A stretch of DNA of 64,000 bases from an uncultured Acidobacteriota bacterium (GTDB lineage: Bacteria; Acidobacteriota; Thermoanaerobaculia; Multivoradales; UBA5704): contig CAVYRF010000002.1 of the NCBI GenBank assembly GCA_963770895.1, positions 1,728,001 through 1,792,000 of the forward strand, given 5' to 3'. The position numbers were made by a program, and so were the translations under genes. Positions 45,080-64,000 of the stretch are shown here, piece by piece. Position 1 is the stretch's first letter. The number at the start of each line of letters is the position of its first letter. The notes beneath the pieces are model-generated. The model searched no databases. It saw nothing but the letters and a program-made list of their open reading frames with translations, and had not been told where the DNA came from.

Positions 45080-46014
45080 CGGCCGCCGCCGCCCCCTTCG
45101 CGGAGGTGCTGGGCCTGCTGCGCGGCGGCGGCGGCCGCATGGAGCTGTTCCGCTACTCGGCCGGGGATCTGCACGAGCTGTACGGCGACGCCTGGGCCGC
45201 CGACGCGCTCTTCGTCCTGCGCAAGGTCGAGGCGTTCGCGCGCCTGTGCGGCGAGGACCTGGCGGCGGCGCTCGCCAGCTACGGCGAATGGATCGAGCGC
45301 GCCCTGGCGGAACGCGCCAGCCAACCCGCGCCGGGATCGCCGCAGGACGATCCGCGCTTCGGCATCCACTACCTGTACGCCCTGACGCTCAGCACGGCGC
45401 TCAACCGCTCCCGCTACGAGCTGCTCTGCGACTACCGCCAGGCCGTCGTGCGGCACCTGCCGGCGGGAACGCGCAGCCTGGAGATCGGCGCCGGCAACTG
45501 CATGGCCGCGGCGCTCGCCGGCGAACGCGGGCGGGTGAGCGCCTACGAGATGAACGAGCTGAGCCGCCTGTGGCCGGGCGTGCTCGAGCTTGGCGGCAGC
45601 GTCGACCTGCGCATCGAACCCTATCGCTTCGACGAGCCGGGCGCGTTTGGCTTCGTCACCATGATCGAGCTGCTGGAGCACGTCGCCGATCCCGCCGCCT
45701 ACCTGGCGGGGGCCGGCCGCGTGCTGGCGGATGGCGGCCTTGCCTATCTCACCTTCGCCGTCCGCATGCCGCAGTTCGATCACCTGGTCGATTTCGCCAC
45801 AGTGGAGGAGTGCCGTCAGCTGGTCGCGGACCACGGTTTCACGGTGCGCGACGAGCGGTGCCTGATCGACACCTATCAACCCTTCGCGGAGGCCGACCGC
45901 TGGCGTCTGGCGGCAGACCCGCGGCACGCCGTCATCTATTGCTGCCTGGCGCAAAAGGACCCGCGGCCCGAGCCGTCCCTGGCGCTGCGTGCATTCAATC
46001 TGGAGATCGACTGA
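45076..46014 (+). CDS. Stand-alone class I SAM-dependent methyltransferase-like tailoring enzyme
   Basis: SLEIGAGN motif I, IELLEHVADP..L..L.DGG. ATGA overlap with the NRPS 1 stop and GGAGG SD. Confidence 0.8.
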   Translation: MTAAAAPFAEVLGLLRGGGGRMELFRYSAGDLHELYGDAWAADALFVLRKVEAFARLCGEDLAAALASYGEWIERALAERASQPAPGSPQDDPRFGIHYLYALTLSTALNRSRYELLCDYRQAVVRHLPAGTRSLEIGAGNCMAAALAGERGRVSAYEMNELSRLWPGVLELGGSVDLRIEPYRFDEPGAFGFVTMIELLEHVADPAAYLAGAGRVLADGGLAYLTFAVRMPQFDHLVDFATVEECRQLVADHGFTVRDERCLIDTYQPFAEADRWRLAADPRHAVIYCCLAQKDPRPEPSLALRAFNLEID

Positions 46015-46016
46015 CC

Positions 46017-47945
46017 ATGGCGCACGAACCGATTCATCAGACCGTCCGGCGTGCCGCGGAGCGTTTCGGCGACCACCTTGCCGTGGACGCGGCGGATCAC
46101 CAGCTGACCTACCGCCAGCTCGCCCAGCGGGCCGGCGACCTGGCCGCGGCGCTCACCGCCAGCGGCGCGGGGCCCGGGTCGCTGGTGGCGATCCTGGCCG
46201 GCCGGGTGGGCGACGTCATCGCCGGCATGCTGGCCGCGCTCGAAGCGGGCTGTGTCTTCGTGCCGCTGGACGCCGGCTTTCCCGTCGCCACCCTGCCCGC
46301 GGTGACCGCCGCGGCGCAGCCGGGCTGGTGGCTGGTCGGCCGCGAGCACGTCGACGCCGTGGCCGATCTGCGCGCCGCGCACGGCTTGACCGCCACGGTG
46401 CTGCCGCTCGACGAGGTGGGCGGCGGCGTGGCTCTGACAGTGCCGTCCGCACCGGCCGCGGCCCCCGCCGCCTGGGACCCCGACGGGCTCTGCTACGTCT
46501 ACTTCACCTCCGGCTCGACCGGGCAACCGAAGGGGATCGGCGGCCGCCTCAAGGCGATCGATCACTTCATCCGCTGGGAGGCCGAGACCCTGGGCGCCGG
46601 GCCCGGCATCCGCGTCAGCCAGCTGACCTCGCCGGCCTTCGACGCCTTTTTGCGCGACGCCTTCCTGCCGCTGTCGGTGGGCGGCACGGTGTGCGTGCCC
46701 GGCGGCCGCGACGTGCTGCTGGACGGCCGCCGCCTGGCGGAGTGGATCGATCGGCAGGGCGTCAACGTCCTGCACTGCACGCCGTCGCTGTTCCGCTCGC
46801 TGTTCGCCGCCGACCTGGACGCCGGGCGCTTCGCCGCCCTGCGCCACGTGCTGCTGGCCGGCGAACCGCTGCTGCCCGCCGACGTGCGCCGCTGGTGCGC
46901 CGTGTTCGGCGAGCGCATCCGGCTGATCAACCTCTACGGGCCGAGCGAAACCACGATGGTCAAGTTCTTCTACCCGGTGCGTCCGGAAGACGGCGCTGCG
47001 CCGTTCGTGCCGATCGGCCAGCCGATGCCCGGCGCGCGCGCCGTGGTGGTCGACGAAAACGGCCAGGTCTGCCAGCCCGGCAAGGTGGGCGAGATCTATA
47101 TCCGCACCCCCTACCGCACCCTGGGCTACGTCAACAATCCGCAGCTCACCGCCGAGGTGTTCATCCAGAACCCCTGGAGCGACCGGCCCGACGACATCGT
47201 CTACAAGACCGGCGACCTGGGGCGGGTGCGCGAGGACGGCAACTTCGAGTTCCTGGGCCGCCGCGATCACCAGGTGAAGGTGCGCGGCGTGCGCATCGAG
47301 CTCGCGCCGATCGAAGACCTGCTGCGCTCCCACGCGCAGGTCGCCGACGCGGTGGTGGCGGCGTGCGACGACCCGCAGGGCAGCAAGTTCCTGTGCGCCT
47401 ACGTGGTGCTCAAGGAAAAGGTGGCGCCCGCCAGCCTGGCCGAGTTCCTGCGCCCGCGCCTGCCCGAGGCCATGGTGCCGACGGCGTTCGTCGAGCTGGA
47501 AACGCTGCCGCGCACCTTGAGCGGCAAGGTCAACCGCCGCGCCCTGCCCGAGCCCGGAGCGCTGCTCGGCCGCGACTACGTGGCGCCGCGGACGCCGGTG
47601 GAGCACGACCTGTGCGACATCTTCTCGCAGCTGCTCGCGGTGCCGCGCGTCGGCATCCACGACAGCTTCTTCGACCTGGGCGGCCACTCGCTGTCGGCCA
47701 CCCTGCTGCTGTCGCGCATCCGCTCGCGGCTGGGCGTCGAGGTGCCGCTGCGCCAGGTCTTCCGCACCCCGACCGTGGAGCAGATCGCCCTGGCGGTGAC
47801 GCGCCTGCAGCTCGAACAGGAGGACGCCGGCGAGATGGCCCGCCTGCTCAGCGAGGTCGCCAGCCTGTCGGGCGACGCCCTGGCGAGCGCCGTGCGCCAG
47901 GAGGCCGAGGCGGAAGAGGTCGTCGTGCGCGAGGGACAACCGTGA
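46017..47945 (+). CDS. Stand-alone NRPS A-T didomain (code DARHLALMVK; Asp/MeAsp-like)
   Basis: YFTSGSTGQPKG, NLYGPSE, YKTGDLG, GGHSL. ATG 46017 follows GGAG. The longer ORF-track start (45045) overlaps the methyltransferase. Confidence 0.9.
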   Translation: MAHEPIHQTVRRAAERFGDHLAVDAADHQLTYRQLAQRAGDLAAALTASGAGPGSLVAILAGRVGDVIAGMLAALEAGCVFVPLDAGFPVATLPAVTAAAQPGWWLVGREHVDAVADLRAAHGLTATVLPLDEVGGGVALTVPSAPAAAPAAWDPDGLCYVYFTSGSTGQPKGIGGRLKAIDHFIRWEAETLGAGPGIRVSQLTSPAFDAFLRDAFLPLSVGGTVCVPGGRDVLLDGRRLAEWIDRQGVNVLHCTPSLFRSLFAADLDAGRFAALRHVLLAGEPLLPADVRRWCAVFGERIRLINLYGPSETTMVKFFYPVRPEDGAAPFVPIGQPMPGARAVVVDENGQVCQPGKVGEIYIRTPYRTLGYVNNPQLTAEVFIQNPWSDRPDDIVYKTGDLGRVREDGNFEFLGRRDHQVKVRGVRIELAPIEDLLRSHAQVADAVVAACDDPQGSKFLCAYVVLKEKVAPASLAEFLRPRLPEAMVPTAFVELETLPRTLSGKVNRRALPEPGALLGRDYVAPRTPVEHDLCDIFSQLLAVPRVGIHDSFFDLGGHSLSATLLLSRIRSRLGVEVPLRQVFRTPTVEQIALAVTRLQLEQEDAGEMARLLSEVASLSGDALASAVRQEAEAEEVVVREGQP

Positions 47946-50900
47946 GCGGCGCGGCCGACCTGGCGGCTCTCACCCCCGAGCAGCGCGCCCTGCTGGAGCT
48001 GCGCCTGCGGCAGCGCCGGCAGCAGGCCGCTCCCGGCGCGGCGGCGCCGGACGCCGCCGCCGCGCTGCGCCTGGTGCCGCAGCCGCTGGGCAGCGGCGAG
48101 TTCGTGCTGTCGTTCTCGCAGCTGCGCATGTGGTTCGTCGATCAGCTGGAGAGCGGCAGCGCCTTTTACAACGTCGCCTCCGCCGTGCGCCTGAGCGGCG
48201 CCTTCGATCGCGAGACGCTGCGCCGCGCCCTGGACGAAGTGGTGGTGCGCCACGAATCGCTGCGCACCACGTTCGCGCTGCGCGGCCCGGAGCCGGTGCA
48301 GATCATCGGGCCGCCGCGCGCGACGCGGCTGCCGCTGGTCGACCTGCGCGCCGCGGCGCCCGCCGAACGCGACGCCCTGGCCCGGCGCCACGCGGCGCAG
48401 CTGGCGCGCCAGCCGTTCGACCTGGCGCGCGGACCCCTGCTGCGCCTGTTGCTGGTGCGCCTGGGCGACGCCGAGCACGTGCTGGTCTGCGTCACCCACC
48501 ACATCGTCTCCGACTGGTGGTCGCAGCGCGTCCTGGTGCGCGACCTGGCGGTCGTCTACGGCGCCCTGGCGCGCGGCCTGCCGTCGCCGCTGCCGCCGCT
48601 GCCCGTGCAGTACCGCGATTTCGCCGTCTGGCAGCGTGGCTGGCTGCGCGACGGCGTCCTGGCCGAGCAGCTGGCGTACTGGCGGTCCCGCCTGGCCGGC
48701 GCCCCGACGCAGCTGATGCTGCCGCTCGACCGGCCGCGTCCGGCGGTGCAGAGCTACCGCGGCGGCCACCAGCTGTTCGCCTTCCGCCGCGAGCTGCCGG
48801 CGGCCGTCGGCGCCCTGGCCCGCCAGCAGGGCTGCACGCCGTTCACCGTGCTGTTCGCCGCCTTCCAGGTGCTGCTCTGCCACCGCACCGGGCAGGAGGA
48901 CCTGGTGATCAGCGCGCCGGTCAGCTACCGCAATTCGGCGGAGAGCGAAGGGGTGATCGGGTTCTTCGTCAACACCCTGCTGCTGCGCGCCGACCTGACC
49001 GGCAATCCCGGCTTCCGCGCCCTGCTGGCGCGCGTCTACGCCGCGACGGTGGACGACCTGTCGCACCAGCACCTGCCGCTCGAACGGCTGATCGAGGCGC
49101 TGGCGCCGCAGCGCAGCTTGAGCCACAGCCCCTACCTCCAGGTCGGCATCAACTACGCGGAGGACTTCGCCGGCCAGGGAGAGATCGCCTCCAACCTGGG
49201 TATCGTGGACTTCGATTTCGAGCCCGGCTCGTCGCAGTTCGAGCTCAACCTGATCCTCAACCTCACCGATGAGAACCTGTTCGGCTCCATCCAGTACCGC
49301 ACCGACCTGTTCACGGCGGCGCGGATCGATGAGCTGATCGCCCAGTACCGCGCCATCCTGGAGGCGGTCGTCGCCGAACCGGACGTCGACCTGGCGCGGC
49401 TGCGCGGCAAGCTGGCGGCGGACGCGACGACTCCGACGGCGCCAGGCGGGTTCTTGCTGTCGCCGCAGCAGGAGCGCCTGTGGGCCGCCAATTCCGCCTG
49501 CCGCGCGCTCTGCCTCATCGAGGCGACGGGCGAGGTGGAGGCCGCGGCGCTGGGCCGCGCCCTATGCGCCGTCGTCGCGCGCCACGAGATCCTGCGCACG
49601 ACCTTCCAGGCGCTGCCCGGCCAGCGGTCGGCGCTGCAGGTGGTCGGCGACGGCGCCCCGTGCGCCCTGCGCTACCTGGACCTCGCGCAGAGCGAGCCCG
49701 CGGCCCAGCAGGCGCGGCTGACGCAGGTCTTCGACCAGCTGGAGCGCGAGCCGCTCGACCTGGCGCGCGGGCCGGCGCTCACCGCCGCGATCCTCACCCT
49801 GGCGCCGGGCCGCCAGGTCCTCTGCCTGTGCCTGCCGGCCCTGTGCGCCGACGCGCCGACGCTGCGGCTCCTGGTGGACCAGGTGGCCCTGGCGCTCGGC
49901 GCCGGCTTCGGCGAGGACGAGCCGATCCAGTTTGCCGACGTGGCGCAGTGGCAGAACGACCTGCTGGCCGCCGCGCCGGTGCCCGCATCCGCTGCAACGC
50001 AGGTGGCGATCGCCGAGGCGGGCATGCCGCACGTGCTGTCGTCGTCGCCGGGCGCCGCCTTCGCGCCGCGGTCCGTGGCGCTGCCGCTCGCCCTCCCGGC
50101 GGCCGCGGACGTCCAGGCGGTGCTGCTCGCCGGCTGGCAGACGCTCCTGCAGCGCCTGGCGGACCCGGCCGAGGTGGCGACCGGGGTGCGCGTCTCCGGC
50201 CGCGGCGATCCGGGCCTGGCGGCGGCGCTCGGCCCGCTGGCGCGCTATCTGCCGCTGCCGCCGCCGGCGAGCGGCACGTCGTTCACCGAGCGGGTCGCCG
50301 CGGCGGCGGCGGGCCTGCGCCGGGCCGAGGCGGAGCAGGACCTGGCGCCGGCAGGTGGCGCCGGCTCCTTTTCGTTCTGCTTCGATTTCGACCAGCTCCC
50401 GGCGGCCGTCCCTGGCGGCGGCCCCGGCGGCCCCGGAAGCCCAGCGCTTTCGCTGCGCCGCCTGCGCGCCACCAGCGACCGCTTCCGGCTCAAGCTGGCG
50501 GCCACCCGCCAGGGCGGCGAGCTGGCGGCGGAGCTGTGCTTCGACGCCGGGAGCGTGCTTGCCGCGGAAGCCGAGCGCCTGGGCGGCTGGCTCGCCGCCC
50601 TGCTCGGCAACGCCCTGGAGGCGCCGGACGCGCCGGCGGCGGAGCTGTCGCTGCTGACGCCGGCGGCGCGGCGGCAGGTGCTGGGCGCCCTGGCCGGCCC
50701 GCGCGGCGATTGGGGACCGGACGCGACCCTGCCGCGGCTCTGCTGGGAGCAGGCGCGGCGCACGCCGCACGCGGTGGCGCTGGCCGGCGGCGGCCGCCGC
50801 CTCACCTACGCCGAGCTCGACGATGCCGTCGCCCGCCTGGCCGCCCGCCTGGCCGCCTGCCTGGCGCCGGCGGACGCGGTGCCGGACGCGCGCATCGCCC

Positions 50901-52587
50901 TGGCCGTGGACCGCTCGCCGGAGATGGTCGTGGCGATCCTCGCCATCCAGCGCGCCGGCGCGGCGTACGTGCCGCTCGATCCCGACTTCCCGCCGGACCG
51001 CCTGCGCTTCATGCTGGAAGATTCGCGCGCCGCGCTGCTGGTGAGCCAGGAGCGCCACCTGGCCAGCTTCGCAGGGGTGGCGACGCGGGTGCTCTGCCTG
51101 GCCGCCGGCGAGCCCGCCGCCGCGGCGGCCGCGGCGCCGCCGGCACCGCCAGAGGCCTGGCCGTCGCCCGCCGACCTGGCGTACGTGATCTACACCTCGG
51201 GCTCGACGGGACGCCCCAAGGGGGTCATGGTGAGCCACGGCGCGATCGCCAACCGCGTGCTGTGGATGCGGCGGCAGTTCCCCATGGCGGCGGACGACGT
51301 GCTGCTGCAAAAGACTCCCTACGGCTTCGACGCCTCGATCTGGGAGATCTTCCTGCCCCTGATCTGCGGCGCCCGCCTGGCGATCGCCGAGCCCGGCGGC
51401 CACCGTGACGCGGCCTACCTGGCGGCGGCGATCGCCGAGCACGGCGTGACCGTGCTGCAGCTGGTGCCGTCGCAGCTCGCCATGCTGCTGGAGGCGCCGG
51501 ACCTGGGCCGCCACGCCGCCACGCTGCGGCGGCTTTTCTGCGGCGGCGAGGCGCTGCCCGGCGAAGCGGTGCGGCGTTTCCGCGCCGCCGTCGACGCCCC
51601 AGTCTGCAATCTCTACGGCCCCACCGAGACGGCGATCGACGCCACCTTCCACCTCTGCCCGGCGGCGGCGCCGGCCGGTGTGGTGCCGATCGGCCTGCCG
51701 CTCGACAACCTCCAGGTCTACGTGCTCGACCGCGGCATGCAGCCGGTGCCCCCCGGCCTGCCCGGCGAGCTCTACGTCGGCGGCGTCAGCCTGGCGCGCG
51801 GCTACCTGATGCGCCCGCGCTTGACCGCCGAGCGCTTCGTGCCGCACCCCTGGAGCGCCGCGCCGGGGGAGCGCCTGTACCGCACCGGCGACCAGGTGCG
51901 GTGCGCCGCCGGCGGCGTGCTCGAATTCCTCGGCCGCGGCGACGGCCAGGTCAAGGTGCGCGGCGTGCGCATCGAGCTGGGCGAGATCGAGGCGGCGCTC
52001 GCCCGCCATCCGCAGGTTGCCGCGGCGGTGGCGACGGTGCGCGACGACGCCGCCGGGACGGGCGGCGAGCGCCAGCTGGTGGCCTATTTCCAGGCCGGCG
52101 CGGCGGGGTCGCCGGCGCCGCGCGAGCTGCGCGAGCACCTGCTGCGCACGCTGCCCGAGGCGATGGTGCCGGCGGTGTTCGTCGAGTTGCCGGCGCTGCC
52201 GCTCGCGCCCAGCGGCAAGGTCGACCGCCAGGCGCTGCCGCGGCCCGGCCACGGCGCGCCGCGCCAGGCCGAGTACGTGGCGCCGCGCACCGCCGTCGAG
52301 CAGGCGTTGGCGACGATCTGGGAGGGGCTGCTGGGCGTCGGCCAGGTCGGGGCGCACGACAACTTCTTCGACCTGGGCGGCCACTCGCTGCAGGGCATGC
52401 GGCTGGTCTCGCACGTGCGCGACGCGCTGGGCGTCGAGCTGCGCGTGCGCAGCATCTTCGAGAACCCCACCCTGGCCGGCCTGGCCCAGGTGGCGACCGA
52501 CGAAATGGTCGAGCAACTTGGCGAGGAGCTGGTGTCGCAGCTGCTCGCCACGGGCGCCGGCCCCTCCCTGGCAGGCGGAGAGAGCGC

Positions 52588-52591
<4 letters not shown>
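47942..52591 (+). CDS. NRPS 2: C - degenerate C (interface-like) - A(Gln) - T
   Basis: GTGA overlap start. HHIVSDWWS. Second C-like domain has LPALCAD in place of HHxxxDG. Code DAWQFGLIDK. GGHSL. Confidence 0.92.
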
Positions 52592-62499
<9,908 letters not shown>

Positions 62500-62518
62500 G
62501 CGGGGGAGACGCGGCGCA

Positions 62519-64000
62519 ATGGCAGAGACAGGCGAAGACCGGCGGGCGTTTGAAGTCGCCATCGTGGGGGCGGCCGGCCGCCTGCCGCGCGCCGCCGACC
62601 TGGCGGAGCTGTGGCGCCACCTGCGCCAGGGCGCGGAATGCATCACGTTCTACTCGCGCGAGGAGCTGGCGGCGGCGGGAGTGCCGCCGGAGCTGCTCGC
62701 CCTGCCGCGCTACGTGCGGGCGCGCGGCGCGCTGGCCGACAGCGATCACTTCGACGCCGCCTTCTTCGGCTTCACCGCGCGCGAAGCCGAGATCACCAGC
62801 CCGCAGCACCGGCTGTTCCTGGAGGCCAGCTGGCAGGCGCTGGAAGACGCCGGCTACGACCCGGCGGCGGCGCCGGGAGCGATCGGCGTCTTTGCCAGCG
62901 CCGCCACCTGCACCTACCTGTTCGACCTCTACGCCGACCCGGCGCTGGTCCGGAGCATCGGTTCGTTCCGCCTGCAGATCGCCAACGAGAAGGAGTTCCT
63001 GCCCACCTGGGTCTCCTACAAGCTGGATCTCAAGGGGCCGAGCGTCAACGTGCAGACCGCCTGCTCGTCGTCGCTGGTGGCCGTCCACCTGGCCTGCCAG
63101 AGCCTGCTCAACCGCGAGTGCGACCTGGCGCTCGCCGGCGGCGTCTCGGTGCGCCAGCGCGACCCCGCCGGCTATCTCCACGAAGAGGGCAGCATCCTGT
63201 CGCCCGACGGCCACTGCCGCGCCTTCGACGCGGCGGCGGGCGGCACGCTCGACGGCGACGGCGTCGGCGTCGTGGCGCTCAAGCGGCTGCTCGACGCGCT
63301 GGCCGACGGCGATCACATCCACGCCGTGATCAAGGGCACCGCGGTCAACAACGACGGCGGGGCGCGCATCGGCTACACCGCCCCCGGCCTGGGCGGCCAG
63401 ACGCGGGTGGTGGCCGAGGCGCTGGCGGTCGCCGGCGTCGATCCCGCCACCGTCACCTACGTCGAAGCGCACGGCACCGGCACGCGGCTGGGCGATCCGA
63501 TCGAGATCGCGGCGCTGGCCGATGCCTTCCGCGCCCACACCGCGGAGCGCGGCTACTGCGCCGTCGGTTCGATCAAGACCAACGTCGGCCATCTGGACGC
63601 CGCCGCGGGCATCGCCGGCCTGCTCAAGACGACGCTGGCGCTGCGCCACCGGCAGCTGCCGCCCAGCCTCCACTTCACCGCCGCCAACCCCGAGATCGAC
63701 TTTGCCCGCACCCCGTTCTACGTCAACGCCCGGCCGGCGGCGTGGGAGCCGCCCGGCGGCGTGCGCCGCGCCGGCGTCAGCTCGTTCGGCATCGGCGGCA
63801 CCAACGCCCACGCGGTGCTCGAAGAGGCGCCGCGGCAGGAGTCGGGGCCTTCGCGGCCGTGGCAGCTGCTGGTGTGGAGCGCCCGCACGGCGCCGGCGCG
63901 CGACGCCGCGGCGGCCAACCTGGCGGCGGCGTTCGCGGCGGAAGCCGCGCCCGACCTGGCCGACGCCGCCTACACCTTGCAGCGCGGCCGGCGCGCCTTC
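62519..64000 (+). CDS. Type I PKS, hybrid-type ketosynthase; 3'-truncated by the window edge
   Basis: Absent from the ORF track because there is no stop. ATG 62519 after GGGGGAG gives MAETGEDRRAFEVAIVGAAGRLP..PQHRLFLE..GPSVNVQTACSSS..EAHGTGT..KTNVGHL..AGVSSFGIGGTNAH. Confidence 0.93.
   Translation, partial: MAETGEDRRAFEVAIVGAAGRLPRAADLAELWRHLRQGAECITFYSREELAAAGVPPELLALPRYVRARGALADSDHFDAAFFGFTAREAEITSPQHRLFLEASWQALEDAGYDPAAAPGAIGVFASAATCTYLFDLYADPALVRSIGSFRLQIANEKEFLPTWVSYKLDLKGPSVNVQTACSSSLVAVHLACQSLLNRECDLALAGGVSVRQRDPAGYLHEEGSILSPDGHCRAFDAAAGGTLDGDGVGVVALKRLLDALADGDHIHAVIKGTAVNNDGGARIGYTAPGLGGQTRVVAEALAVAGVDPATVTYVEAHGTGTRLGDPIEIAALADAFRAHTAERGYCAVGSIKTNVGHLDAAAGIAGLLKTTLALRHRQLPPSLHFTAANPEIDFARTPFYVNARPAAWEPPGGVRRAGVSSFGIGGTNAHAVLEEAPRQESGPSRPWQLLVWSARTAPARDAAAANLAAAFAAEAAPDLADAAYTLQRGRRAF

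Noticed and set aside
45045-52587. ORF-track N-terminal extensions of the A-T protein, NRPS 2 and NRPS 3, suggesting overlaps or frameshifted fusions
   Set aside because: Each has a coupled start (46017, 47942, 52588) at the preceding stop, and the extensions are low-complexity.

Overview
Very GC-rich bacterial DNA, probably Acidobacteriota (inferred from a PadR + ADOP-type permease pair). Bases 1-22 kb are an accessory region: two paralogous ADOP/MacB-FtsX permeases, PadR, two Asp-box beta-propellers, PfpI, two PIN-type toxin-antitoxin pairs, an M19 dipeptidase-like protein, a CoA-transferase, an alkaline-phosphatase-superfamily protein, a methyltransferase and a PDZ lipoprotein. Bases 22-64 kb hold the start of a large NRPS/PKS cluster (ATP-grasp ligase, three NRPSs, a methyltransferase, a free A-T didomain and a hybrid KS running off the end) with 11 adenylation domains. 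Top candidates for new biology: (1) a small SEC-C zinc-finger gene at 2561-2812 that is complete only after three +1 frameshifts, each at the same CGC-TTT-Y site; (2) a two-gene operon pairing an ASK1-like deoxyribohydrolase/TIR-like + TPR-S protein with a caspase, resembling a TIR-less analogue of type IV Thoeris; (3) unusual NRPS chemistry (Lys2-like and McyB-like D-x-R-H domains, a Pro-clade A domain with Asp235 replaced by Cys, an interface-like domain and a dehydrating-type C domain). No tRNA, rRNA, CRISPR array or IS element was seen. Family assignments and specificity codes were read by eye, not searched.
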